Shown: piece after piece, positions 36,301-44,658 of the stretch | Layout: every line of letters starts with the position of its first letter | How positions within the stretch are numbered: the stretch's first letter is position 1 | Assembly: GCA_964492065.1 (NCBI GenBank) | Contig: CAZBHH010000010.1 | Span: forward strand, 14,512 to 78,511 | Source of the DNA: an uncultured Chitinophagales bacterium | Lineage (GTDB): Bacteria; Bacteroidota; Bacteroidia; Chitinophagales; BACL12 | DNA length: 64,000 nucleotides | Reading direction: 5' to 3' | The notes under the pieces: model-generated | Databases searched by the model: none | Told to the model about the DNA's origin: nothing | The model's input: the letters and a program-made list of their open reading frames with translations, nothing else | Translations under genes and position numbers: made by a program

Positions 36301-37159
36301 TATAAACAGAGTCCAATGCCGTTGTCGCATAATTGATAACATTATACTTGTAAAAGGTCATATCGTTAATCTCATCGTTGGTACTGAAGGCAAATGCAGT
36401 TGCCTGTATTTCGACACCAATGGCATCGCCACCGGATTCGGTATGGATATTTCCCTTGTCGTTATATACATAAAATATGGCCTGATCTCCGTCCACATCG
36501 GGGTATTCGCCAAAATTCGGCTCATAAACGCCATTGAAATTCAGGTCTACAAACGGCGCTAAAGGCTTGTTGATAACCAAAACATCGGTTGCAGATTTGC
36601 CTTTTGCATAGGCATTTCCAATCGCCGGCCACTCCCAAATCACCCGGTATGTAGATGAGTATGTAAGCGGGCTTGCTTCAGAACCGCCCAAATTGATGAA
36701 ACTGTCAATAAGGCTCGCATTCACCTTCCAGTGTCGGTCATATGCATTACACACCACATCATCCACAGTTCCAAGACTTGTCAATGGGCCCGGCCAAAAG
36801 TCGTTTCCATTTTGCCGATACGTCTGAGCCGCTATTTTTAACTGGCCGCCGGCATCGATACCGCCAATCCAAAGAGCGCCAGCAAAACTGGAACTCACTT
36901 CGATATCGGGCGGATATACTTTGGGTACCACATATTTACCGTTGTTCAAATCCCACCAGAAGTCACCCGCACCCAGGAGCCGTGCACGCACGTTGTTAAT
37001 GTCCAGCTCGATTTGTGATGTGGCGTCATTACAGGCGGCAGAAAGCTTACTGTAGTTTTGAGCTTGTCTTCCCGAAATACCGATATTTTCCTTTGCCTGC
37101 GTGGTAAAGACTACAGTTGCCAGAAAGACAGATGTGAAAATTATTTTCTTGTTCAACAT
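33311..37159 (-). CDS. 1282-aa secreted protein of unknown function with a T9SS C-terminal sorting-domain-like tail
   Basis: It has a signal peptide (FTSVFLATVVFTTQA). The last ~115 aa (VVPNPYYAYSS...CTVSIFSMDGTLVRKY...LEWDLKNSKGVMVASGVYLIHIDAG...VKWF) fit the Por_Secre_tail / FlgD-Ig-like pattern. I recognise no catalytic motif. Confidence 0.7.
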   Translation of the reverse strand: MLNKKIIFTSVFLATVVFTTQAKENIGISGRQAQNYSKLSAACNDATSQIELDINNVRARLLGAGDFWWDLNNGKYVVPKVYPPDIEVSSSFAGALWIGGIDAGGQLKIAAQTYRQNGNDFWPGPLTSLGTVDDVVCNAYDRHWKVNASLIDSFINLGGSEASPLTYSSTYRVIWEWPAIGNAYAKGKSATDVLVINKPLAPFVDLNFNGVYEPNFGEYPDVDGDQAIFYVYNDKGNIHTESGGDAIGVEIQATAFAFSTNDEINDMTFYKYNVINYATTALDSVYMGYWVDSDLGYAFDDWVGCDTTLSLGLTYNGDALDGPDLAAYGENPPLFGTDFFQGPIKYIYDGSTITDSIRLGMAAFLYYNNDWSTIGNPEVAAHYYGYLSGSWKDGSPFTSGGNGYGGTEATPFMFPSDPSDPLGWSECTESNPPNDRRFIMSSGPFRLEPGATNEIVIGALWVRPPISGGCQTTFDAISLADQKAQALFDNNFELISGPDAPDMSIRELDQELIISITNGPNSNNRGESYEEADPIIQSIMEEDPSITDSTYNFQGYKIYQLANGQVSSSEYNDPAKARLIFQCDLEDDVVKLVNFTYDPVLGADVPVLQVDGNNDGVFHTFRVTDDAFASGITKIVNYKKYYFSVVSYAYNEYKAYDPTDPNTQKRPYLEGRNNIKLYVGIPHKPDPQSGGTVLNAQYGDGPDITMVEGVGNGGNFLELTSASVDEILANGSIAMPVYKGRKAPIDVAVYDPVRVPAADFQVILYDSSMAAAGAPAGYVLNYDSTWWVMTNLTTGQSVKSDFPIGFKNEQIIPDWGLAVTITGVNPPGPDPNVAGVEWESNNGLIGWDVVYEDINKPWLSGIPNVNGSPLFNWLRSGLDEGDILGVDDNEVYETIVAGTIGPMGLTRYNNESSGILYMPLRQIIGLTISLPQQRLSSLNGIDIVLTNDRSKWSQCIVVNTGEGPSTNLYGENKMDLRQKPSIDQYGNVVAGEIGRSWFPGYAINVETGQRVNIFFGEDPFVNIDGNSDDMLFNPSEKYVGDSGLDIVLGGKHNIYVTRIPYDGCKTWMDSLSWVGGTPPSSTIIREVWKNVVWIGRPMLAPGASLLSFTDGLIPTETTVKIRVTGRYVNKVVGGENAGFPMYRFSTTDLAATVNNTAKAESALDLINVVPNPYYAYSSYETSPVDYRIKITNLPSNCTVSIFSMDGTLVRKYTRAVSGETSSGGILTTKADNLDTSLEWDLKNSKGVMVASGVYLIHIDAGALGERTVKWFGAMRPIDLDTF

Positions 37160-37183
37160 ATTTTAAGCGCTTTATACTAATTT

Positions 37184-40100
37184 TTAAAAATCGAAAGACA
37201 ATCCGAGCCGTATTCTTCTTGGAATGCTATAATTATCCGGGTTTTGCATCCGGGCTGTATAGAGGTCAATAAACGATGCGGCGTTCACCTGTCCCTCAAT
37301 GGCTTCGGCTCCATAGGATGAACTTATAAATCCATCGTCCATCGGGTTGCCTGTGTAGCCATACACTGCCATAATATTCTTTGTATCAAACAGGTTCTGC
37401 ACCCATAAATATACATTCATATTTACCATGCGCTCTTTTGATTCTTTACCTACGGCAAAGCCCCATGATTTATCAAGTTTGATATCTGTGCGGAAGTGCC
37501 AGGGCAACCTCGAACCGTTAACAGTACCGTCCAGGTTTGTATTTCTGTCGTCGCCCAATTGCGTAGCAGTCGGATTGCTCTGACGGGTGTAAGGCTCACC
37601 GGAACGTGCGTTAAATGTGAGGTTTAATCCCACGTCATTCAACCAGGCGGGTTGTCCGCCCATCGGATCATCAAAGCGGTAATCCATTACCACTTTAATA
37701 TTATGGCGTGAATCGTAACTCAACGGAATAATTGCCCTGAGGTTCGGCTGTCCTGATCCGATGAGGTTCAACTGTGAAGTTGCGCTGGAACCCGTTCCAT
37801 CGGCAAACTGCAGCGTATAGCTCGTTGACAATTTCAGATTTCTCGTTCTCTTGGCAATGTCATAGGCAATGGATAGCCCTTTTACGGTTCCAAAATCTAT
37901 ATTGCCAAATGTGGTGTACTGTACCGGAATTGCATAGGGTACGCTGATAATCTGAACCATGTCCCTGAGTTCGCGGTAGAAGGCGGATATCTTAAGAACT
38001 GATGCTTCATTCAATTGTTGCTGGAAACCTATTTGATAATCGATAGTCTTCTCCGGTTTCAAATCCGGGTTATCGAATACGTTATTCACATTCTCCTGGA
38101 AGAAATAATAATCATAGGCCGTAGCGGATGTTCCGGTAGGAGGCCTTTGAGTCAAAATATCGTAGTGTGCAAAGAATAATGCCTCCCTGTTTATTTCTTT
38201 GGAAATCGGGAAGGAGAACGCAATTCTTGGCATTACCGATATCTGCGGTTTATAATCTTCAAAGGAAGAGTTCGGATCAAAGTTCTCGCTCTTTATATTA
38301 ATGGTAGGATCGACGATATACGGTGTAATCGTACCGGTAGAAGAGCTCAAGGCTATCGTTCTCGGGTCGGTAATTTCCTCGCCGTTAGCATTGTACCAGG
38401 TATCCTCATCGCGGTAACCCAGAATTTGTGTCGGGTTGTTATAATCGTCCACATATACTGCAAAATCATCGCCGATATTTCCGGGATGTGCTCCGTTCGG
38501 ATTCAGAGCGGGATCCACTTCATTGGTAGAATAAATATCGTATAATGAATATTTATCCTTTAATACGCTGCGATTGGCATCATACCTGTCAACCCTGACA
38601 CCAACCCGGAACACGATATCGTTAAAGTTGAAGCGGTCCTGGATGTAACCGGCGGTATATACAGGGCGGAAAGCGCCGATGGGGCGGGTTTTCTCTCCAT
38701 CTTCATTGGTGGCTGACCAAAAGTCATTGAAAGAAGGTTGTGTAGTTAACCTGTTGCCCAAAATATCGTAGCCGTTGTAAAATACAAACGCATTACCGTT
38801 ATTCAGCAACTCATCGGCACTAAACAGGTCTAATGAAAACACATCTACCGGCAGATTGTCGATATTGATATAATCCAGTTCCCCCACATTATATCCCAGT
38901 TCATTTAAACGCTCCCTCAATTGCTGGTCGAAATAGGTTTGATCCTCGGCGACAAACAACCTGTCGTAGCGAATGGTATCAAATTCGCCGAACGTCAATC
39001 CGGATGCCAGATACTCCTCGTAGGTATATTCCTGACCGTCGATTACGAGAATCGGGTTATCGGTATCCAAATTGGTAATATGGCGATTGGCTAATTGCCG
39101 TGAAAGCGTCCACAGACCGATGGGAACTACCTGGTAAACACGCTGCACCTGTTGCTGGAATTCAAAACCGAATTCGATAGAGTGCTTGGATACATTTGCC
39201 GATTTTTTCCGGCTCTTCAGATCCAGGGCGGCGTTGAAATTCAGTCCGTATTGATCGTTGTTTTGTTTGTAATAGTTGCTATAAGGTACGCCGGCATTCC
39301 ACCAAATTCCATACACGTTGGTACCCTGAACAAAAGCGTCTCCGTTCAGTAAACCACCCCCTAACTGAATCTCGTAAATATTTCTCGGTGCAAATAAACT
39401 CTCTTCGTAATACTGAGTGGTATAGGCGCTCAGTTCGGGGTTTAAAGTACCGGGAGTGTATTCGACGAGTGTATCTAAATAACCGGCCAGCAGCCAGCCA
39501 TTCAATCCCGTTGCCGCATCAGTCCCATAGCCGTACACCGGCGCTCTCAAAGTGTTAAACTCGCCGATATACCCGTAGTTAAACGGATTCATACCGTGCG
39601 TTTCATCCTGGAGCGTACCGTAATACTTGGTATAATCGATTTGAATATTGTAAAACGCATTTCCAACGATACCTTCATCTTCGCCATCTTCACCTTTCTT
39701 TTCAGGGAAGCGCTGGGTAAACCTCAAAAATCCGCGGTAGGTATTCTGATCTGAAATGGGATTATTTTCCGAATTAAACAGCGCAAACGTCCGCACGTAA
39801 TTATGTGCATTAAATCCCCGCCAGGTCAATCCGAGTTGGAGATTAGTGGTTTTGCTCAATTTATAATCGAAGCGGGTTGTCAGTGAGATACCACCTGAGT
39901 TTACATTTTGTTTGTAGGCGATATCTTCCATATCGTCGAATGTAATAAACTCTGAGCTCTTATTAAATCCGGCGCCGGAAACTGCCGGGCGAAGCGGATT
40001 TGCAATGAGTTCCTCCATTACATCATCTTTAATTTTATAATTGCCGATTGCCGAAGGGTCTCCGTCTCTCTCCCATTCGCCCTCTGCGGCAATGAAGAAG

Positions 40101-40906
40101 CCAAATTTGGCATATTCGTTATCCTGGCCTTTATTCTCCCGGATAAGCGGGCCGGTAAGGAATACGGAGGCGAGATTGTAATTATAGGGGTCCAGCAGGG
40201 TTGATGTGGCCACCTCGGCACTTCCATTGTAAACCTTGGAAGGTCCGCGGGTTGTAATTGATATAAATCCACCGGTAGCATCGCCATATTTCGGGTCAAC
40301 ACCTCCGGTGATTACCTGTAATTGCTCAATGGCATCCTGAGGCAGTTTCAAGGAACCGGTTACCCGCACACCGTCAATCACATATTCGGTAGCGTCGCCA
40401 CGTGAGCCTTTAATACTCAATCCGCCGCCTTCATCGCTCTGGTAAACCCCCTCCTTGGTAGCGGCAATAGAGGTTACGTTCCTTGTGGCTATTTTCTCGA
40501 TATCTTCTTTCGTTACCACACCTCCGGTGGATGTATTACCCTTATCCACCAATGGCGCTTCATAAACGATAACAATTTCTTCCAGGGTGGTATTTTCGCT
40601 CAGGGTAATATCTTTCAGGAAGACGATACCCGAAGAAACAACCACATTGGTAACCCGCTGTTTATTGCCCTGATAGGAGGCTTCTACCTCATAGGTTCCC
40701 GGGCTGAGGCCGGGTACTGAATAATGGCCGTCAAAATCCGTGACCGCACCGGTTTCCAAAACGCCATTTTTATAAACAGCTACGTTTGCAAATGGAATCC
40801 CCTCTCCCTTAGGGTCAATTATCTTTCCCTGTATCTCACCGTTTTGAGCAAAGGCCGTGGTTGCCGCAAATACCAGTAGAGTAAATACGTATAGGAATTT
40901 ATTCAT
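37184..40906 (-). CDS. 1240-aa SusC-like TonB-dependent outer-membrane transporter (CarboxypepD_reg + plug + oversized barrel)
   Basis: It has a signal peptide and a CarboxypepD_reg-like domain (GKIIDPKGEGIPFANVAVYKNG...TDFDGHYSVPGLSPGTYEV). The plug motif is GVYQSDEGGGLSIKGSRGDATEYVIDGVRV, and the C-terminus RIRLGLSFDF ends in Phe. Confidence 0.8.
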   Translation of the reverse strand: MNKFLYVFTLLVFAATTAFAQNGEIQGKIIDPKGEGIPFANVAVYKNGVLETGAVTDFDGHYSVPGLSPGTYEVEASYQGNKQRVTNVVVSSGIVFLKDITLSENTTLEEIVIVYEAPLVDKGNTSTGGVVTKEDIEKIATRNVTSIAATKEGVYQSDEGGGLSIKGSRGDATEYVIDGVRVTGSLKLPQDAIEQLQVITGGVDPKYGDATGGFISITTRGPSKVYNGSAEVATSTLLDPYNYNLASVFLTGPLIRENKGQDNEYAKFGFFIAAEGEWERDGDPSAIGNYKIKDDVMEELIANPLRPAVSGAGFNKSSEFITFDDMEDIAYKQNVNSGGISLTTRFDYKLSKTTNLQLGLTWRGFNAHNYVRTFALFNSENNPISDQNTYRGFLRFTQRFPEKKGEDGEDEGIVGNAFYNIQIDYTKYYGTLQDETHGMNPFNYGYIGEFNTLRAPVYGYGTDAATGLNGWLLAGYLDTLVEYTPGTLNPELSAYTTQYYEESLFAPRNIYEIQLGGGLLNGDAFVQGTNVYGIWWNAGVPYSNYYKQNNDQYGLNFNAALDLKSRKKSANVSKHSIEFGFEFQQQVQRVYQVVPIGLWTLSRQLANRHITNLDTDNPILVIDGQEYTYEEYLASGLTFGEFDTIRYDRLFVAEDQTYFDQQLRERLNELGYNVGELDYINIDNLPVDVFSLDLFSADELLNNGNAFVFYNGYDILGNRLTTQPSFNDFWSATNEDGEKTRPIGAFRPVYTAGYIQDRFNFNDIVFRVGVRVDRYDANRSVLKDKYSLYDIYSTNEVDPALNPNGAHPGNIGDDFAVYVDDYNNPTQILGYRDEDTWYNANGEEITDPRTIALSSSTGTITPYIVDPTINIKSENFDPNSSFEDYKPQISVMPRIAFSFPISKEINREALFFAHYDILTQRPPTGTSATAYDYYFFQENVNNVFDNPDLKPEKTIDYQIGFQQQLNEASVLKISAFYRELRDMVQIISVPYAIPVQYTTFGNIDFGTVKGLSIAYDIAKRTRNLKLSTSYTLQFADGTGSSATSQLNLIGSGQPNLRAIIPLSYDSRHNIKVVMDYRFDDPMGGQPAWLNDVGLNLTFNARSGEPYTRQSNPTATQLGDDRNTNLDGTVNGSRLPWHFRTDIKLDKSWGFAVGKESKERMVNMNVYLWVQNLFDTKNIMAVYGYTGNPMDDGFISSSYGAEAIEGQVNAASFIDLYTARMQNPDNYSIPRRIRLGLSFDF

Positions 40907-40962
40907 ACACAGAAGTTTTAAAAATTGTTAAGATGCCGTAAAAATATATAAATATTCGTAAA

Positions 40963-40970
40963 CAAAAATA
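40963..40970 (-). promoter_or_regulatory. candidate -7 box (TATTTTTG on minus strand) upstream of the TBDR operon
   Basis: Plus-strand caaaaata is the reverse complement of TATTTTTG, 56 nt upstream of the TBDR ATG. A possible -33 TTG (plus-strand caa at 40994-40996) has a 23-nt spacer. Confidence 0.4.
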
Positions 40971-41033
40971 CCGGCGCTAAAAAAAAGTCCCGTCAATCCG
41001 AAGTCATAATAAAATAAGCACTTTGTCAGAATT

Positions 41034-41966
41034 TTACGATAAATATTCACGGATTTTTCCCACCAAAATTTTAGTTAATTTAAGTTTAGACTCCACTGTC
41101 CACCCGGCAATATGTGGTGTCATAATTACGTTTTCTAATGCCACCAGTTTATCGAATATTTTTTTATCGCCGGGTGGCAGACCTGCATAATTCTCATTTT
41201 CAAAGACATCGAGCGCCGCTCCCACCAGTTTGCCGGATTGTAGGGCATCGAGTATGGCAGCTGTATTTACTACCCCGCCCCGCGAGGTATTTACCAGGTA
41301 AAATGGCTTTGCAGCCGAAGCGATAAAAGATGCATTCACCATATATTTTGTTTCGGAAGTCAGGGGGACATGGAAACTGATAATATCGGCATGTGCCAAT
41401 ATCCGGTTAAGATCCACCTCCTTTATATAAGTATTGCCGAAACCGGATTTGTACTTATCATAGGCTAAGACAGTACAATCAAACCCCGATAGTTTTTTGG
41501 CAAATGCGCTTCCCGTGTTGCCAAAACCAACGATGCCGATAGTTTTGCCCTCAATTTCCACTCCCCGGTTCTCTTCCCGTCTCCAAATTCCGTTTCTAAT
41601 CTGAGAATCAGCCCGACAGATATTGTTTAACAATCCGAGCAGGAGGCCCAGCGCATGTTCGGCTACCGCATTGGCATTGCCTTCGGGCGCACTGAACACC
41701 CCGATATGACGCTGTGCCGCATAGTGCGTATCGATATGTTCCATCCCCGAACCGACTCTTCCAACACACTGCAGATGCTTACCGCGGTCTATAAGGTCTT
41801 TATCTACCCTGATTTTGGTATTGACAATCAGTACGGCGTATTGGTGAATGATTTCCCTTGTCTGTTCGTAAGTAATCTCAGGGAGGTAATCCACTTCAAA
41901 GTGCATAGACTTAAACGCATCGATCATCGAGGGGTGGACATCATCGGTTATCAGCACTTTTTTCAT
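41034..41966 (-). CDS. D-isomer-specific 2-hydroxyacid dehydrogenase (SerA/PdxB-like)
   Basis: 310 aa with NAD-binding GIVGFGNTGSAFAKKL and a catalytic R/E/H context ending in TPHIAGWT. The start overlaps the rsmA 3' end by 26 nt. Confidence 0.85.
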   Translation of the reverse strand: MKKVLITDDVHPSMIDAFKSMHFEVDYLPEITYEQTREIIHQYAVLIVNTKIRVDKDLIDRGKHLQCVGRVGSGMEHIDTHYAAQRHIGVFSAPEGNANAVAEHALGLLLGLLNNICRADSQIRNGIWRREENRGVEIEGKTIGIVGFGNTGSAFAKKLSGFDCTVLAYDKYKSGFGNTYIKEVDLNRILAHADIISFHVPLTSETKYMVNASFIASAAKPFYLVNTSRGGVVNTAAILDALQSGKLVGAALDVFENENYAGLPPGDKKIFDKLVALENVIMTPHIAGWTVESKLKLTKILVGKIREYLS

Positions 41967-42756
41967 TTTGTAATTCTTCGGTAAATTGAATGAACTGTTC
42001 TACACTAAGTTGTTCGGCTCGCAGGTGACTCCAGCCGTATTGCGCCAAAATGCGATCAGCGCCTTTCATTTGGGCTAAGGCATTGCTCAGTTTCTTCCTG
42101 CGCTGATTGAAAGCCGCTTTAACCAAGTTGCGCAAAATGGAGGCATCCCAGGTCTCGGGTTGTGTTTTTCTCTTCAAACGTATTACCGCTGAATGAACCT
42201 TCGGCGGCGGTGAAAAGTATTGCGGCGCAACTTCAAAGAGATATTCTGCGGCGTAGTAAGCCTGGGTCAGCACGCTAATGACGCCATACGCCTTCGAGCC
42301 GTGTCCCGCTGTAATGCGCTGCGCCATTTCCCGCTGAAACATGCCTACGGCCAACGAGACAATCTCCTTATGGTGCAGGATATGAAAAACTATCTGTGAA
42401 GAAATATTATATGGGAAATTGCCGATAATATAGAGATTACCGGAATGCAGCCTATCCAGGTCTTGCTTTAAAAAGTCGCCGGCTAATATCTTGTCCTGCC
42501 CCAGCAGCCATTGTTCGGAGGCGAGTTGTATAATGCGTCTGTCTATTTCGGAAATATACAATTGCCCGGGAAACCTCGTACGGAGAATTCTCGTCAGAAC
42601 GCCTAAACCCGGCCCAACTTCTATTACTTTCCCGTCGGGTTTTATATCCGGTAAGGCTTCCGTTATGCGCAATGCGATGCGGTCGTCATTTAAAAAATGC
42701 TGCCCCAGTGATTTTTTTGTTAGAAAGCGATTCAATTGAATACGAGTTGCGTGCAA
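41941..42756 (-). CDS. rsmA: 16S rRNA (adenine1518/1519-N6)-dimethyltransferase
   Basis: 271 aa with LGQHFL, SAM-binding VIEVGPGLGVLT and IIGNFPYNISS. Confidence 0.94.
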   Translation of the reverse strand: MHATRIQLNRFLTKKSLGQHFLNDDRIALRITEALPDIKPDGKVIEVGPGLGVLTRILRTRFPGQLYISEIDRRIIQLASEQWLLGQDKILAGDFLKQDLDRLHSGNLYIIGNFPYNISSQIVFHILHHKEIVSLAVGMFQREMAQRITAGHGSKAYGVISVLTQAYYAAEYLFEVAPQYFSPPPKVHSAVIRLKRKTQPETWDASILRNLVKAAFNQRRKKLSNALAQMKGADRILAQYGWSHLRAEQLSVEQFIQFTEELQNEKSADNR

Positions 42757-42774
42757 CGAAAGTGCTTATTTTTG
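42747..42774 (+). promoter_or_regulatory. candidate promoter for pdxA (-33 TTG, 17-nt spacer, -7 TATTTTTG)
   Basis: TTG at 42747-42749 and TATTTTTG at 42767-42774, with the ATG 27 nt downstream of the -7 box. It lies in the divergent rsmA/pdxA region. Confidence 0.45.
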
Positions 42775-42801
42775 TTGAAACATTATAATACAATTTACAT
42801 T

Positions 42802-43854
42802 ATGGCAGCAGAGAAGATAACTGTGGGGTTTTCAATTGGCGATATAAATGGTATCGGCCCGGAGGTAATCGTACGAGCGCTGGAAGATCAGCGCATTTTG
42901 AAAATGTGCACACCTGTTATTTACGCATCCAACAGACTGATTTCCTATTTCAAAAAATCACTGAATGCCGAAGGGTTTAACTACGCATCGTGCAGCAGGG
43001 CGGCAGACGCAAATCCAAAAACTATTAATATTATTAATTGTATTACCGATGATATCCAGGTACTGCCCGGTCAAATAAATGCCACCGGCGCCCGCACGGC
43101 CTATGTATCGCTGGATGCTGCCGTCACCGATCTGATTGCAGGCGATATCCATGCATTGGTAACTGCTCCAATTCACAAACAGAATATGCAGCAAGAGGGA
43201 TTCGGGTTCAATGGCCATACGGGGTATTTAACACACCGCTGTAACGCTGCCGAGAGTCTAATGCTGCTCACTTCCGGAACACTGCGCACCGCCCTTGTCA
43301 CCGAGCATGTACCCATAAAGGAGGTCGCAACTATTATTTCAAAAGAGCGCATTATCTCCAAATTGCAATTGTTACACAATTCCCTTCGACAGGACTTTGG
43401 CATTGACAAACCCACAATTGCCGTATTAGGCCTGAACCCGCATTCGGGCGATGACGGATTATTAGGTTTGGAGGAAAAAGAAATTATCATACCGGCGATT
43501 CAGGAAGTACAAAAGAAAGGGATGCTTGCGGTAGGACCGTTTTCTGCCGATGGTTTTTTTGGCACCAACAGCTTCCTGAAATTTGATGCCGTACTGGCCA
43601 TGTACCACGACCAGGGGCTCATTCCCTTCAAATCGCTGGCATTTGCCGAAGGCGTAAACTTTACAGCGGGACTGCCGGTGATTCGCACCTCTCCCGACCA
43701 TGGAACTGCTTTCGATATTGCGGGAAAAGGCCTGGCAAACCCCGATTCCCTGCTCGCCGCCCTGTTCGCCGCCATGGATATCTGGCGGCAGCGCAGCCTG
43801 TATAAGGAAAGCCGGGCAAACCCACTCAAAAGAAATTTACTGGAGGCCGAATAA
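42802..43854 (+). CDS. pdxA: 4-hydroxythreonine-4-phosphate dehydrogenase
   Basis: Starts MAAEKITVGFSIGDINGIGPEV, with NPHSGDDG and SPDHGTAFDIAGKG motifs. The start is set to the ATG at 42802; the track start at 42736 overlaps rsmA and the promoter. Confidence 0.92.
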   Translation: MAAEKITVGFSIGDINGIGPEVIVRALEDQRILKMCTPVIYASNRLISYFKKSLNAEGFNYASCSRAADANPKTINIINCITDDIQVLPGQINATGARTAYVSLDAAVTDLIAGDIHALVTAPIHKQNMQQEGFGFNGHTGYLTHRCNAAESLMLLTSGTLRTALVTEHVPIKEVATIISKERIISKLQLLHNSLRQDFGIDKPTIAVLGLNPHSGDDGLLGLEEKEIIIPAIQEVQKKGMLAVGPFSADGFFGTNSFLKFDAVLAMYHDQGLIPFKSLAFAEGVNFTAGLPVIRTSPDHGTAFDIAGKGLANPDSLLAALFAAMDIWRQRSLYKESRANPLKRNLLEAE

Positions 43855-43889
43855 CGACGGGGCCGTTTTATTAGATAACCGAATTGTAT

Positions 43890-43897
43890 TACCTTTG
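43890..43897 (+). promoter_or_regulatory. candidate -7 box (TACCTTTG) upstream of the yceD-rpmF-fabH operon
   Basis: Matches TAnnTTTG, 19 nt upstream of the in-frame GTG at 43917. It lies inside the track TTG-start extension, which argues for the shorter ORF. Confidence 0.4.
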
Positions 43898-43916
43898 TGG
43901 GCTTTTATCAACACAG

Positions 43917-44465
43917 GTGAAGGATTTGAGGGAATATCGCATCCCTTTTATTGGGCTGAAAAATGGGAAACATCACTTTAACTATGAGGTTGATGATTCG
44001 TTTTTTTCGCATTTCCCTGCCAGTCAGGTAAATGTAGCCAAATTGTTTGTTGACCTGGCGTTTGATAAAAAGGAGCGATTGTTTATTCTCGAGTTTGATA
44101 TTTCGGGGACGGTACAGACGATGTGTGATTTATGCGGGCAGGATTTTAAACTTCCGGTGCACGGTGTACATACCCAATATATTAAAATAGGTGAACAACC
44201 TGACGAGTTGGCACACGGCGATGAAGATATTCTTTGGATTGCGGAAGGGGAAGGCGTGTTAGATATCACAGAACTGATTTACGAGTTCATTCATTTAAGT
44301 TTGCCAATGCAAAAGATACATCCGGTGAATCCGGACGGGACGCCGGGGTGCGATGCCGAAATACTGAAATTATTGCATACGGGTACAACAGAGGCGGATC
44401 AGACTGATCCCCGTTGGGCTGCATTAAACCATATTAAAAACTTTAAAAAACAGAATTATGCCTAA
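43917..44465 (+). CDS. YceD/DUF177-family protein (23S rRNA accumulation protein-like)
   Basis: The position immediately upstream of rpmF is conserved, and it carries the CDLCGQDF metal-binding-like motif. The start is uncertain (GTG at 43917 preferred; TTG at 43884 in the track). Confidence 0.8.
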   Translation: MKDLREYRIPFIGLKNGKHHFNYEVDDSFFSHFPASQVNVAKLFVDLAFDKKERLFILEFDISGTVQTMCDLCGQDFKLPVHGVHTQYIKIGEQPDELAHGDEDILWIAEGEGVLDITELIYEFIHLSLPMQKIHPVNPDGTPGCDAEILKLLHTGTTEADQTDPRWAALNHIKNFKKQNYA

Positions 44466-44643
44466 TCCTAGACGTCGCCATTCAAAGACAAGGACAAAAT
44501 TGCGCAGAACGCACGACAGTGCCGCCGTGCCTCATGTTACAGCATGTCCAAATTGCGGAGCACCCGTTTTGCGCCATCGCGTCTGCGGTGAATGCGGCAA
44601 TTACCGCGGTAAGGTTGCCATCGACAAGAGCAACGAATCTTAA
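44458..44643 (+). CDS. rpmF: 50S ribosomal protein L32
   Basis: 61 aa: MPNPRRRHSKTRTKLRRTHD plus a zinc ribbon CPNCG...CGECG. Confidence 0.95.
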   Translation: MPNPRRRHSKTRTKLRRTHDSAAVPHVTACPNCGAPVLRHRVCGECGNYRGKVAIDKSNES

Positions 44644-44658
44644 CATTTTAATTTTCTT

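Noticed and set aside
43884-43916. TTG-start extension of the DUF177 gene, and a TTG-start extension of the 863-aa ORF at 51681-51698.
   Set aside because: Both extensions contain a TAnnTTTG box that would lie inside the coding region. Downstream in-frame GTG/ATG starts fit better.
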